Shown one piece after another: positions 1 through 9,804 of a stretch of 64,000 nucleotides of DNA (positions are counted from its first letter, which is position 1; each line of letters begins with the position of its first letter). The stretch covers positions 3,360,001 to 3,424,000 of the forward strand of contig OY969695.1 of assembly GCA_963701965.1 (NCBI GenBank). The letters run 5' to 3'. A program made the position numbers and the translations under genes. This DNA is from an uncultured Gemmatimonadales bacterium (GTDB lineage Bacteria; Gemmatimonadota; Gemmatimonadetes; Gemmatimonadales; Gemmatimonadaceae). The notes below the pieces were generated by a model. It saw only the letters and a list, made by a program, of their open reading frames with translations. It did not search any database and was not told where the DNA came from.

Positions 1-2
1 CG

Positions 3-437
3 AGCGCCAACTTTGGCGCCTATCACACGTACGTATGGAAGAACACGACGCCGGCCCAGAATCCCCTGGTGGACCAGCGCATCGTCACCGCGGTGGACGA
101 ACAGCTGGCCGCGAAGGGACTGCGCAAGGCCGACTCAGGCGCCAGCGACCTCTTCGTCACGTACCACGCCGCGGTGAACCAACGGCTCAACGTCCAGTCG
201 TTCGGGTACGGCTACGGTGCGCCCTATGGCGGAAGCTGGTCGTCGACGAAAACGGTCACGGAGATTCCCGAGGGCACGCTGATCGTCGACCTGGTGGACA
301 TCAAGAAGAACAACCTCGTGTGGCGCGGCACCGCGCAAGACGAGCTTCGCCAGTCGGATAGTCCCGAGCAGGCCCAAAAGCGGGTGAGCAGCGCGGTGCA
401 GACGATGTTCGCCAAGTATCCACCGCGCGGGCGATGA
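3..437 (+). CDS. DUF4136-domain lipoprotein (5'-partial)
   Basis: Frame is open from the window edge (SANFGAYHTYVW...); contains the DUF4136-like EGTLIVDLVD..NNLVWRG motif and C-terminal F..YPP. Confidence 0.8.
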   Translation, partial: SANFGAYHTYVWKNTTPAQNPLVDQRIVTAVDEQLAAKGLRKADSGASDLFVTYHAAVNQRLNVQSFGYGYGAPYGGSWSSTKTVTEIPEGTLIVDLVDIKKNNLVWRGTAQDELRQSDSPEQAQKRVSSAVQTMFAKYPPRGR

Positions 438-455
438 GCGCGGGCCGTTCGGTCC

Positions 456-2024
456 GTGCCTCATCGGTGTTGGCTCTGGGCCGCTGGACTGATCGGCGTT
501 CACGCCCTCGGCGCGCAGGACACCGTGCGGAAGATCGAGATCTCGACGCAACAGGTGTTCGATTCCGCGGACGCGGCATCGTCCACGCTCTTCCGCATCA
601 TGAATCTGATCCACATCCCGACACGGGCGTTCGTCGTTCAGCAGGAGCTGACGTTCGCCACTGGCCAACCCTACGACGCCGCCGCCATCGCGGAATCCGC
701 TCGTAACCTGCGCGCCCTCGGGATCTTTCGCGCCGTGGATATCGATACGGTGCGCACGCCGGATCCAGCCGGGCTCATCGTCCACGTCAACACGCACGAC
801 GCGTGGACGACGAATCCCCAGATAAAATTGCAGACGAGCGGCACCGAAGCGACGGTCGGTGCGGGCCTGCGTGAGACGAACTTTCTCGGGACGAACACCG
901 TTCTCGATGTGGCCTACGAGCGCAATCCGGACCGGTCGGTGCTCACCCTCGCGGCGGCGCGTCCGCGGCTCGTCGCCAGCACCGTCGGTGTCGACTTCAA
1001 CTACGAGGGTCGAAGCGATGGCACCGACCTCTCGGCCACCGTGTCGGCGCCATTCTTCCACCTTTCTACACCGGCGAGCGGATCGCTGAACGGGGTGAGG
1101 ACCGATATCCGGGTGCTCCAATTCCGCGACGGGAACGGCGAGCCTTTCCGTGAGGTGCGCCAGCGGTCGGATGCCCTCATCGGCGAAGGCGGATTCAAGA
1201 TCTCGGCGTCGGAGTCCGGATACCTGCGCGCCGGACTCGACGCGCAGATCCGGCGCGACGGCTTTCAGCTCGAGTCGGACACCAGCCCGTTTCCCAGGCC
1301 GGTGACGGCCGCGTTCGGTCCATGGGTCGAGTACCGGCACGTACAGTATCTGTCGACCCGCGGTTACGAAGCCTTTGGTCGTGACGAAGACGTCGACCTT
1401 GGGCTCACCGTGCGCCTCGCCGCCGCCATCGCCCCGGGCCCCTGGGGTTATCCCCATGGTGGTATCGGGCCATCGCTCACGCTCGCGACGGGTCAACGCA
1501 TACCGGTTGGGTTCGTGCTCGAGCACTTCGAGGCCAATGGCTTGCTCACCAGCGTCGGCGTCGATTCCGGCGCCATCACTGCGGGCGTGACGGCGGTGTT
1601 CCAGGCGGGGGAGCGTCACATGGCCGTGTTGCACGCTGACGGCGGCGTGCGGTCGAATCCCTATCCCGGCGAGGAGTTCGACCTCGGTCTCGGCTACGGT
1701 GCCCGAGCGTATCCCGCGCACGCGTTTACGGGCGACCGCTATTACATCACGAGCGCCGAGTATCGCTACATCATCGTGCCGAACGCCTTTGGTCTCTACG
1801 CCGTGGGACTGGCCGCCTTTGTCGATCAGGCGGGGGCGTGGTTTGCCGGATCTCCGGCGCGCTCCGGTACCGACGCGGGGCTCGGACTCCGGTTTGGCTC
1901 TCTCCGGTCGCCGACGGGCGGCATGATTCGGATCGATCTCGCGTTTCGCGCCGCGACGAGTGCCCAACCGGCACAGTGGGTCATCGCGGTTGGGAAGGGG
2001 TTCGCCTTCGACCTGCCTCACTGA
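456..2024 (+). CDS. BamA/TamA-like (POTRA + beta-barrel) outer membrane protein
   Basis: Signal peptide, POTRA-like ESARNLRALGIF..V, ETNFLG, and C-terminal barrel strands (DAGLGLRF, RIDLAF). Confidence 0.75.
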   Translation: MPHRCWLWAAGLIGVHALGAQDTVRKIEISTQQVFDSADAASSTLFRIMNLIHIPTRAFVVQQELTFATGQPYDAAAIAESARNLRALGIFRAVDIDTVRTPDPAGLIVHVNTHDAWTTNPQIKLQTSGTEATVGAGLRETNFLGTNTVLDVAYERNPDRSVLTLAAARPRLVASTVGVDFNYEGRSDGTDLSATVSAPFFHLSTPASGSLNGVRTDIRVLQFRDGNGEPFREVRQRSDALIGEGGFKISASESGYLRAGLDAQIRRDGFQLESDTSPFPRPVTAAFGPWVEYRHVQYLSTRGYEAFGRDEDVDLGLTVRLAAAIAPGPWGYPHGGIGPSLTLATGQRIPVGFVLEHFEANGLLTSVGVDSGAITAGVTAVFQAGERHMAVLHADGGVRSNPYPGEEFDLGLGYGARAYPAHAFTGDRYYITSAEYRYIIVPNAFGLYAVGLAAFVDQAGAWFAGSPARSGTDAGLGLRFGSLRSPTGGMIRIDLAFRAATSAQPAQWVIAVGKGFAFDLPH

Positions 2025-2051
2025 GAATCGGTTCACCGGACCACGGATTCG

Positions 2052-2693
2052 TCAGTGTGCGAATCCCAGGCCGACGCCGATGGAGAGGAATCGCATGCTC
2101 TTGTTGTCATCCGTCGGGAGGAAGCTCCCGGCGTTCACGGGCCAGTTGTAGCGCGCGTATAACGCGATCTGACCACCGTTGGACAAGCCGATCAGGACCC
2201 CGAGCTCCGGCGCCCAGCCGAAGATCCAGTTATCCGTGTTGAACGTGACGGTTCCGATGTCGAACGTTTGATGGATGTAATAGACCCCCAAGCTGGCCCC
2301 GATGAACGGCTTCAGGTTGCTTTCAGAGCTCATGTGGAAGTAGTAATCCCCGCCGACCATGAAGGGGAAAATGTTGAGATCGCGATACTGCGTGCTCTGA
2401 ATCGTGCCCGCACCGTTCTGCTGGAACGTGAAGTTGATCGGGTTGTTCGTTTTCCAATACAACTCGGTCCATCCGAACGTCGTCCCGACAGAAAGCGTGT
2501 GATCCGGATTGAGGTACCGGCGAAAGTCCAGATAGAATCCGAGCCAGCTGTCATTATCCGTGAACGCCTTCGCGTCGTTCGTCGGCACCGAATAGTTGTA
2601 GCTGATGATGCCGAATTGGTCCTGGGCGCGGACGGGCGAGACCATGACGGCGCTCGTGAGCGCGGCGGCAGCGAGCCAGCAATGCATGCTCAT
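2052..2693 (-). CDS. Outer membrane beta-barrel protein (OmpW/porin-like)
   Basis: Start at ATG 2693, an ATGA overlap with the upstream stop; signal peptide ending VRA-Q; amphipathic strands with a terminal aromatic residue. Confidence 0.7.
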   Translation of the reverse strand: MSMHCWLAAAALTSAVMVSPVRAQDQFGIISYNYSVPTNDAKAFTDNDSWLGFYLDFRRYLNPDHTLSVGTTFGWTELYWKTNNPINFTFQQNGAGTIQSTQYRDLNIFPFMVGGDYYFHMSSESNLKPFIGASLGVYYIHQTFDIGTVTFNTDNWIFGWAPELGVLIGLSNGGQIALYARYNWPVNAGSFLPTDDNKSMRFLSIGVGLGFAH

Positions 2694-3340
2694 TTGGGCG
2701 TCAGGAATGGGGAAGCCGTGAACATCTGATTGATCCGCGTCGGAATGCGCGATGCGACCGAGCTCGTGCCGTTGAGCAAGCCGTTCGCGCCGCCCAGCCA
2801 AACGATCGGCAGCTTCTTGTTCACGGTGTCGCGATTCTTGTTGTCGAGCATCGAAACGAACACCGTGCCGGTCGTGTAGCTGTACGGCACCGCATACGTC
2901 GGGTAGTAGTAGCTATAGGTCGGACCATAGGCGCCGCTCCATCCGGGCCACCAGCCCCAGTAGTTCCAGTACGGGTAGCTCACGACCCCGACCGTGGTCG
3001 AGGATGTCGCATTGACGAGCAACACGAGATCCGCCGTCGCCGCGTTGGACACCTGCGTGAATCCCAACGTGTTCATGTTCTGTTGAACGCTGTTGAGCAC
3101 GAGACCGTCGTTGGCGTGCGAGACATTGTCGGTCTGGCCCGCCGTATCGAGGTGCACCACCGAATCGGGTAGCGCATAGGTCTTATACGTCCCGAACGGA
3201 GCCGCCTTGTCGTAGATCGTCGTGACCGTGTCGAAGTCGGACACGTCAGTGGAGCGATCCGGGTAGCATGAAGCGACGAGTACCATGGACGTGGTGAAGA
3301 GGCTGAGCCAGTGCCATCTCGAACCGAGCATTGCCTGCAT
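2690..3340 (-). CDS. DUF4136-domain lipoprotein
   Basis: Lipobox LVASC; YKTYALPDSVV, YSYTTGT and INQMF..SPFL motifs. Confidence 0.75.
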   Translation of the reverse strand: MQAMLGSRWHWLSLFTTSMVLVASCYPDRSTDVSDFDTVTTIYDKAAPFGTYKTYALPDSVVHLDTAGQTDNVSHANDGLVLNSVQQNMNTLGFTQVSNAATADLVLLVNATSSTTVGVVSYPYWNYWGWWPGWSGAYGPTYSYYYPTYAVPYSYTTGTVFVSMLDNKNRDTVNKKLPIVWLGGANGLLNGTSSVASRIPTRINQMFTASPFLTPK

Positions 3341-3455
3341 GGACCCCCCAACCTGCGATCGACTGGACTCATGATCGGCCTTGGGGCTTGTCACCGGCCA
3401 TTGGCTCTTGGTCGACACTCCGGTTAAGTTGAGCCTGGTTGGTCAGGAGGCTGTG

Positions 3456-3905
3456 TTGTTTGGGATCAAGGTGACGACCCCGGTGGTGACGAACGCCGAT
3501 GGCTGGTCTCACGCGGGTGGCGAGCTCAAGGTGGGCGACGAGTCGCTCAAGTTTCTCGTCGACCTCACGTGGTGGCGCGTGGCCGATTACGAGCACCAGT
3601 GGCGTGACGCGATGGACCGTCTCGCGCACGGGACGCGGGCGACCGCGCTGGTCACCGCGTACGCCGGACCGGGGGGCCCGCACCGGATGTGGGCACTGTG
3701 GCGGGACGATGACTTCGTGTACGTCCAGGAGCACATCGTCGTGCCCACCGACCTCGACACGCCATTCGACCCTTCGCACCCCGACGCGCACGTCGGCGCG
3801 CGGATCAGCCCCGAACACGGGGCGCCCATCGCCGAGTGGCGGATTGAGTTGCTGCACGTCCTCGCCGCGGCGTTCGGCATTCGCTGGCCGCTGTACCCCC
3901 GGTAA
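3456..3905 (+). CDS. Orphan CdiI-like immunity protein (resembles Enterobacter cloacae CdiI / CdiI_N type)
   Basis: AGGAGG at 3445-3450 followed by TTG; ordered motifs FGI...L.WW...DY..QW...AL...W.LW....VYVQ...FDP...R...G.PIAEW resemble CdiI-ECL as I recall it. Confidence 0.6.
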   Translation: MFGIKVTTPVVTNADGWSHAGGELKVGDESLKFLVDLTWWRVADYEHQWRDAMDRLAHGTRATALVTAYAGPGGPHRMWALWRDDDFVYVQEHIVVPTDLDTPFDPSHPDAHVGARISPEHGAPIAEWRIELLHVLAAAFGIRWPLYPR

Positions 3906-3927
3906 CGCCAAGAAGTCGCAGGCGTAT

Positions 3928-3968
3928 ACCTAGGTCCAACTGATAGGGGATCGCGCTCGCGATACGAT
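3928..3968 (+). promoter_or_regulatory. ACCTAGGT box + TACGAT -10 element
   Basis: Box 3928-3935, 27-nt gap, -10 at 3963-3968, ATG at 3976. Confidence 0.6.
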
Positions 3969-3975
3969 GAGCGGC

Positions 3976-4896
3976 ATGCGCCGCGTGCCCCTGCTTCTAT
4001 CGCCTTTGCTCGCGGCGTCGATCGCCCACGCGCAGGCGAACGTGCCGCAGTTCCGCGGCGACTTCGGACTCAACTCCGGCACGCAGCCGCCGCCTGGCTC
4101 ATACGCCGGTGTCTTCTTCAGCTACTACGATCCAGACAAGATCATTACGTCGGATGGGACGGCGATCACCCGGCTGCGTATCGACCAGAGCGCCCTCGCT
4201 CTCCTCCTGCAGTGGGTCTCGGATTTCACCATTCTCGGTGGCGCCCACTACAGTACGCTGATCGCGATTCCCTGGGCCAACATCGCGATCGCCACACCGA
4301 ACGTGAGCAACGAGACCAAATGGGGGTTCTCGGACCTGTACGTCCAACCCCTGAACCTCGGTTGGCACTTGGGCCGGGCGGACGTGCTCGGCACCGTCGG
4401 CACCTACATGCCGACGGGCCGCTTCACCAATGGCGCGCGCAATAATACGGGCCTCGGCATGTGGACCGTGGAGCTGGGCGCCGGCGGGACCGCGTATCCG
4501 GACGAAAAGAAGCAATTCAACGTGGCGACGTACGCCACCTTCGACATTCCCGTGTCCTACGTGCGCGGCACCGACCGGCGCGCGGGAGCGATCCTCACGC
4601 TCGAGGGCGGCGTTGGCCACACGCTGATCAAGGGATTTGGCGCCATCGGTGCCGCGTACTATGCGCAATGGAAGGTGACGTCGGATCACAACTACACGCT
4701 TCCGCCGGGCTTCCAATCGAAGGACTTCTACTTTGGAGTCGGCCCCGAGCTCTCGATACCGATTCCCGTCGTGAAGTCGCTGCCGTTCTTTCTGACACTC
4801 CGATACTACTTCGAGACCGGTAATCGCGTCGCAACCGAAGGCAACTCGTTCATCGCGACCTTCACGGTCGCCAATCCCTCCCCGCCGCCGAAGTAG
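3976..4896 (+). CDS. SphA / phenol MetA-pathway-type outer membrane channel
   Basis: Signal peptide; G.QPPPG, GFSDLYVQP..LGWH and PTGRF....NNTGLG.W motifs. Start is 3976 or 3967. Confidence 0.75.
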   Translation: MRRVPLLLSPLLAASIAHAQANVPQFRGDFGLNSGTQPPPGSYAGVFFSYYDPDKIITSDGTAITRLRIDQSALALLLQWVSDFTILGGAHYSTLIAIPWANIAIATPNVSNETKWGFSDLYVQPLNLGWHLGRADVLGTVGTYMPTGRFTNGARNNTGLGMWTVELGAGGTAYPDEKKQFNVATYATFDIPVSYVRGTDRRAGAILTLEGGVGHTLIKGFGAIGAAYYAQWKVTSDHNYTLPPGFQSKDFYFGVGPELSIPIPVVKSLPFFLTLRYYFETGNRVATEGNSFIATFTVANPSPPPK

Positions 4897-5715
4897 TCAT
4901 TTCGGTGCGGGGAACAGGAGAGACAGGATGAGGCGAAGCTGGTCGCGCCCCGCGGCCGTTGGGCGGGCGACGGCATTGTAGTATTGGAGCCCGAGGCTCA
5001 CGGAGCGCTTGCCGATCGTCGTGACCTTGGTGATGCCGAGTCCCAGCGGGACCGTCCATTGCGTGCCGTGGGGCCCGCTCCAATTGGCGGTGATCAAGGG
5101 TGACGTGCTGATCGCCCACCCCACTCCAAAGTTGAAATTGACGAACGGCTGAAACGTCAGGATGTTGACCTCGGACGGTCCACCGGGGCCGGCGATGGTC
5201 CAGATCTGATTGATCAGCGCGCCATAGACCCAAGGACCATTGATCTGGAGCGCGACCGCGGCCGGACCAAACCCCCAGTCTCCCGTGCTCACCGCAGAAT
5301 TGGTGGCGGTGGGGAACGAGAAGACCGGGCCGATGCCCCAGATGATGTCCCCTGGTGTCGCCGGTGTCACGAACAGCTGCTCCTGGATGTCCCCGAGCCC
5401 CGACTGGTTCGTCCCGCTGGGGGCGGGCACCGTCACGTAGGGCACGATCGTCCGCGCGATCAGCGTGTAGCCGGTCGTGGTCTTGAAGGGCACCACGGGT
5501 TGCACGTTGAGCAGCAGCGATGATTCCTTCCCCAGGCCACCACCCGAGAAGAAATTGAACTGGAACGGAATCGAGATGAGATCGCTGACGGGATTTTGTG
5601 TCTTCTTGGACAGCTCCGTGGCGTTGGGCGGCGGTTGTTCCTGTGCCAACGTGACGATCGGGGTGTGGAGAGCCACAGCCCCGATCGTCACGAGCACCGC
5701 TGACGACCGGCGCAT
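4897..5715 (-). CDS. Outer-membrane transporter-like protein ('neuromedin U'-annotated family)
   Basis: Signal peptide; QNPVSDLISIPFQ.N, LNVQPVVPF, GLGDI, QPFVNFN and WTVPLG motifs. Confidence 0.7.
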   Translation of the reverse strand: MRRSSAVLVTIGAVALHTPIVTLAQEQPPPNATELSKKTQNPVSDLISIPFQFNFFSGGGLGKESSLLLNVQPVVPFKTTTGYTLIARTIVPYVTVPAPSGTNQSGLGDIQEQLFVTPATPGDIIWGIGPVFSFPTATNSAVSTGDWGFGPAAVALQINGPWVYGALINQIWTIAGPGGPSEVNILTFQPFVNFNFGVGWAISTSPLITANWSGPHGTQWTVPLGLGITKVTTIGKRSVSLGLQYYNAVARPTAAGRDQLRLILSLLFPAPK

Positions 5716-6377
5716 TACTGCGGTGTATTCATCGTGGCAGTGGCTCCGGCGTTCTCCGCGGTCTCCACGACGAACACCGCGCGGCGATTCTGCATGGCTC
5801 CCGGGTCGTCCTTCTGTGCGTCGGGATGCACGAGGCGCTCCTTGCCGTAGCCCACCGTGCGCAGATGTTCGGCGTCGAGGCCCTTGGTCTGGAGATACTG
5901 CGAGACCGCGTCCGCCCGCCGCTTCGAGAGCGCGAGGTTGTAGGCCTTCGATCCCGCCGGATCGGCGAACCCTTCCACCGTGACGACCGAGCCTCCGTAG
6001 AACTTGCTCACCACCTGCGCGAACTTATCGAGCGCCGCGTAGTCGTTCTCGGCCACGGTCGCGTCGTTGAACGCGAAGTTCACCGGCACCGCGAAGCGAA
6101 TGGTGCTGCCCATGGTGGACACCGCGGTGTGGAACTGCGTGCGCAGCGAGTCGAGTGCCGCCTGCTGCTGCGCGATCTGCGTCTTGGTGTTGGCGTCATC
6201 GGCTTCGCGGGCGGCGGCTTCCTTGGCTACCGCGGCGTTGACGGAAGAATCGACGTAGGCGGTCGACACCTTGTTGCTGGCCATCATCTGGTCCTTCACC
6301 CACCCCTTCGACGCGCATGCCGCGATGAGTGGGGAGACCAGGCCCAACGCGATCGTGGACGTGAGCCGCGCGTTCAT
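5715..6377 (-). CDS. OmpA/Pal-family peptidoglycan-binding lipoprotein
   Basis: GGAGG RBS; lipobox IAAC; VEGFAD..G...YNLALSKRRA..V and NRR motifs. Confidence 0.9.
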   Translation of the reverse strand: MNARLTSTIALGLVSPLIAACASKGWVKDQMMASNKVSTAYVDSSVNAAVAKEAAAREADDANTKTQIAQQQAALDSLRTQFHTAVSTMGSTIRFAVPVNFAFNDATVAENDYAALDKFAQVVSKFYGGSVVTVEGFADPAGSKAYNLALSKRRADAVSQYLQTKGLDAEHLRTVGYGKERLVHPDAQKDDPGAMQNRRAVFVVETAENAGATATMNTPQ

Positions 6378-6457
6378 AACGACGTTCCTCCGGGAGATGT
6401 GGGTGTGGATCGTGTGTCCCCTCAACCTACGAACCCGGAGGGCACATGCCGATGTGG

Positions 6458-6498
6458 ACCAAAGTACTATTTGCCCGGGTGTCGCCCGGATCTAGCCT
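6458..6498 (+). promoter_or_regulatory. ACCAAAGT box + TAGCCT -10 element (possibly bidirectional)
   Basis: Box 6458-6465, 27-nt gap, -10 at 6493-6498, GTG at 6505; on the minus strand TAGGTT at 6429-6424 points toward the OmpA gene. Confidence 0.55.
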
Positions 6499-6504
6499 CA
6501 CCCT

Positions 6505-7428
6505 GTGGCATCGGTCGAGACGCATGACATGATCTGGATCCCCAGCGGCGCTTTCCGCATGGGGTCGAACGAGCACTACCCTGAGGAGCGGCCGGTGCAC
6601 CGCGTCGAGGTCGATGGATTCTGGATCGACCGCGCGCCGGTGACCAACGAGCGATTTGCCGAGTTCGTCGCCGAATCGGGACACGTCACGTTCGCGGAGA
6701 TCGCACCGGACCCGGCCGACTATCCCGGCGCGCTGCCCCACATGCTGTACGCGGGGTCGCTCGTGTTCATCAAGCCGCGGAATCGGGTCGACCCCTGGTG
6801 GCACTACGTCGCCGATGCCGACTGGCGCCATCCGCAAGGGCCCGGCAGCTCGCTCGATGGACGCGAGAAACACCCCGTCGTGCACGTGACGTACGGCGAC
6901 GCCGCCGCGTTCGCGCGCTGGGACAACAAGGATCTTCCGAGCGAAGCGGAGTGGGAGCGCGCGGCGCGGGGCGGACTGGACGGCGCCGCCTACGCGTGGG
7001 GTGACGAGTTCCTGCCCGACGGCCGCATCATGGCCAACACGTGGCAGGGCGAGTTTCCATGGCAGAATAGATGCACCGACGGATACGAGGGGACGTCGCC
7101 GGTCGGGGCGTTCCCGCCGAATGCGTTCGGGCTGTGGGACATGATCGGCAACGTGTGGGAGTGGACCACCGATTGGTACGCGCCCCGGCATCCCGAGCCC
7201 ATCAAACCCTGCTGCATGCCGAAGAATCCGCGCGGCGGTCTCGAGGGCGAGAGCTACGATCCGGCCCAGCCCGCCATCCGCATTCCCCGCAAAGTGCTCA
7301 AGGGCGGCTCGCATCTCTGCGCGCCGAACTACTGCCGGCGCTATCGGCCGGCCGCGCGGCATCCGGAACCGATCGACACCTCGACGTCCCACGTGGGATT
7401 CCGCTGCATCGTACGTCCGGTGCGATGA
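6505..7428 (+). CDS. Formylglycine-generating enzyme (SUMF1/FGE family)
   Basis: F.MGS..HYPEE.P.H, LPSEAEWERAARGG, GLWDMIGNVWEW and KGGSHLCAPNYCRRYRPAAR (both catalytic Cys present), GFRC. Confidence 0.93.
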   Translation: MASVETHDMIWIPSGAFRMGSNEHYPEERPVHRVEVDGFWIDRAPVTNERFAEFVAESGHVTFAEIAPDPADYPGALPHMLYAGSLVFIKPRNRVDPWWHYVADADWRHPQGPGSSLDGREKHPVVHVTYGDAAAFARWDNKDLPSEAEWERAARGGLDGAAYAWGDEFLPDGRIMANTWQGEFPWQNRCTDGYEGTSPVGAFPPNAFGLWDMIGNVWEWTTDWYAPRHPEPIKPCCMPKNPRGGLEGESYDPAQPAIRIPRKVLKGGSHLCAPNYCRRYRPAARHPEPIDTSTSHVGFRCIVRPVR

Positions 7429-7784
7429 GGCTGCCGGGCGGCACCCTCGGAGAACGCTGGCTCCGCGAGTTGGCCGTGCTCTACCGGGTCCTGCGACATC
7501 CCAGGACGCCATGGTATGTGCGCGGCGTGGCGGCGTGCGCCGTCGGATACGTGCTCAGTCCGATTCAACTCATCCCCAGTTTCATCCCGGTCATCGGCCA
7601 ACTGGACGATGTGTGCGTGCTCCTCGTGGGCGACAAGCTCGTGCGCGCTCTGGTGCCGGATGATGTACTTGGCGAGTGCGAGATCCTGGCGCGACGAACG
7701 CCTCCCACCGCGGTGCTCGGGTTCGTCGCGTTATCGGTGGCGGCAGCGGTGGCCGTCTTTCTCGTCGCCTACTCGACGGGATAG
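7425..7784 (+). CDS. DUF1232 (YkvA) family membrane protein
   Basis: ATGA overlap with FGE; HPRTPWY...GYVLSPI.LIP.FIPVIGQLDD. Confidence 0.85.
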   Translation: MRLPGGTLGERWLRELAVLYRVLRHPRTPWYVRGVAACAVGYVLSPIQLIPSFIPVIGQLDDVCVLLVGDKLVRALVPDDVLGECEILARRTPPTAVLGFVALSVAAAVAVFLVAYSTG

Positions 7785-8380
7785 CGCATCATGGTGACAA
7801 GCCCGAAGACGCAACACCCGAAAGCCAGGGCGAGGAGTGCGGTGCGGGACGGGATCGACGGGATCTGTTGCGATATGCCGGCAAGAAAGAGGACGGACGC
7901 GAACACGACGGCCAGGAGCACGTACTGATCGCTCTGCTGGTTCGCCGCCTGCGCTTCACTGAACGCGCGCTTGGAGGCGAGCTCGAGGCGCCGGGACGAA
8001 TCCGCGAACGCGAGGCGATACTCGGGCAGCGTAAACGGGCTCGGCGCCGCGTTCGGATTCTCGAGCGGGTGACTGGCGATCCAGACATTGAACGCCGGCC
8101 GGAACTCGTCACGAAAGCGTGCACTGAGGAAACTGGCCAGGCGTTGATTGCCACTGGTGAAGGCATTGAGCCACGAGGCGAACATCCCAATGTCGACCCC
8201 CGCCCGCTGTCCCGCCTCCGTGGACATGCGTGTCGCCTCGACGCGGAGGGTGCTCGCGTCGCTGTATCGCGCCGCCTGGACGCCGCCCCACCGCGTGGCC
8301 TGGTAGCCGACCCACGACGACGCCAGGCCCGCGGCCGAGAGCAGCACCGTCGCGACCACGTCGAGTCGCGCCGGTGTCAC
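7769..8380 (-). CDS. Hypothetical membrane protein (DUF4337-like)
   Basis: GTGA overlap with the upstream gene; N-terminal TM ending W.GYQA.RW, SPF..PEY motif, two C-terminal TMs. Confidence 0.6.
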   Translation of the reverse strand: MTPARLDVVATVLLSAAGLASSWVGYQATRWGGVQAARYSDASTLRVEATRMSTEAGQRAGVDIGMFASWLNAFTSGNQRLASFLSARFRDEFRPAFNVWIASHPLENPNAAPSPFTLPEYRLAFADSSRRLELASKRAFSEAQAANQQSDQYVLLAVVFASVLFLAGISQQIPSIPSRTALLALAFGCCVFGLVTMMRYPVE

Positions 8381-9756
8381 GGGGCCGCGAGGCGGAATCC
8401 CGCGATGAGGGTGATACTCGTGTAGTTGATCTTCGCGCCGGCCGGTAGGACGGGGGTGTCCCTGATCGTCGTCGTCAGGCCCGACTGCTGCGTGGACGAG
8501 CCGAACGCCACGTCGGCGCCGAGTACGAAATCGGACCGGCCGAATTGCCAGGACACACCACCGGTGAAGTGGTACAGATCCCACCGCGAGATGAGCGCGT
8601 TGTTGTCCTGAGCCGGGCCCAGGGAGCTGAAGTCCGTGCGAAAACTCACGTAGCCGGCGAACGTGTTCGCGAACTGGTGCTCCACGCCTATGCCACCATT
8701 GGTGACGGCATCGAGCTTCTGCTCCACTACGCCGGTCAAGGCCGCCCCGCCAGTCTGCGGCGTGAACGGAAGCGGCGACAGAATGCTATAGGCGTCCACG
8801 CTGCTGAACCACTCGCCCGCGACATGAATGGTCGTGGAGCCGACGCCGTTGCCGATCAGGTAGGAACCGCCGGCGCCGATCGCGGTCGGCGAATGGTAGG
8901 TGGCCGACAAATCCTGCTGAAAGTTGTCGGCGACCAATGGCGACGTCGGGCCATTGCCTTGCACCCCTTGATTGATGGTCGTCGCGTTTCGACCGACCTG
9001 GCCGCTCCCGAGCAACTTCAGTCCCGGCGTCGTGAGCACGATGCCGGCCCGGAGATGCGGGTACACGAACCCGACGCCGATCTTGGCCATGAGACGCCAG
9101 TGCGTGTAGGAGAAATCGTAATCGCGGAGTACAATGCCGCCGGTGCCGTTCACGCCCACCACTTCGGCGTTGGCCTCGGCGCGCTCGTTCTGGTTGCGGA
9201 CGGCAACATACGGCGTGATCCCGATGCCGATATGTTCGTTGAACGGATGCGAATACGTGATCCCGCCCCAATACTCGCCCAAATGCTGATGCAGCCGGAC
9301 CGTGCCCGTCGCCGATGAGACGTTGGGCGCGCTGATGGCCGTATCGATCGGGATGTCCCGGCCTTCAATGTCGATATCGAGACTCTGGCGCGTCAGAAAC
9401 GAGTACGCCAATCGGTCCTTACCGCCGATCTTGATCTCGCCCGCGAAGAGACTCGGCAACCCGACGACCGAGGTGCTGCCGAGCGTGCGACCCGGGCCCG
9501 CGCCGTTCACGTATTTCAGCGAGGAGTACTGATAGGCACTGCCCGCCACGGCGAACTCGTCGCGTGACGTGAGGGCGAGCGAGCCCGGATCGTAGAACGT
9601 CCCGCCGAGATCGTTCGCGCTCCCGATGACCACGCCGCCCAGGAGCTGGGCCCGCGTCCCGTAAGCGACGGTCCAATATTGCGCGTCCTGCCCGAGGGCG
9701 GACTGGGCGCCGAGGCTGCCGGCGACGCCGACGACAAACCACCATGGCCTACTCAC
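8377..9756 (-). CDS. FadL/OmpP1-like outer membrane beta-barrel protein
   Basis: Signal peptide; G.RAQLLGG...G...D....FYDPG.L N-terminal plug motif; many amphipathic strands. Start is GTG 9756 or TTG 9762. Confidence 0.65.
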   Translation of the reverse strand: MSRPWWFVVGVAGSLGAQSALGQDAQYWTVAYGTRAQLLGGVVIGSANDLGGTFYDPGSLALTSRDEFAVAGSAYQYSSLKYVNGAGPGRTLGSTSVVGLPSLFAGEIKIGGKDRLAYSFLTRQSLDIDIEGRDIPIDTAISAPNVSSATGTVRLHQHLGEYWGGITYSHPFNEHIGIGITPYVAVRNQNERAEANAEVVGVNGTGGIVLRDYDFSYTHWRLMAKIGVGFVYPHLRAGIVLTTPGLKLLGSGQVGRNATTINQGVQGNGPTSPLVADNFQQDLSATYHSPTAIGAGGSYLIGNGVGSTTIHVAGEWFSSVDAYSILSPLPFTPQTGGAALTGVVEQKLDAVTNGGIGVEHQFANTFAGYVSFRTDFSSLGPAQDNNALISRWDLYHFTGGVSWQFGRSDFVLGADVAFGSSTQQSGLTTTIRDTPVLPAGAKINYTSITLIAGFRLAAP

Positions 9757-9763
9757 GCCCAAG

Positions 9764-9804
9764 ACGCTACGGAATGCGGTGCGCGGAGGACAGTCGACCT
9801 AGGT
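9764..9804 (-). promoter_or_regulatory. ACCTAGGT box + TAGCGT -10 element
   Basis: Box 9797-9804 within GACCTAGGTC, 27-nt gap, -10 at 9769-9764, GTG at 9756. Confidence 0.6.

Noticed and set aside
3378..3385. Sixth regulon box (GCCTTGGG)
   Set aside because: Degenerate, with no TAnnnT at the 27-nt spacing on either strand.
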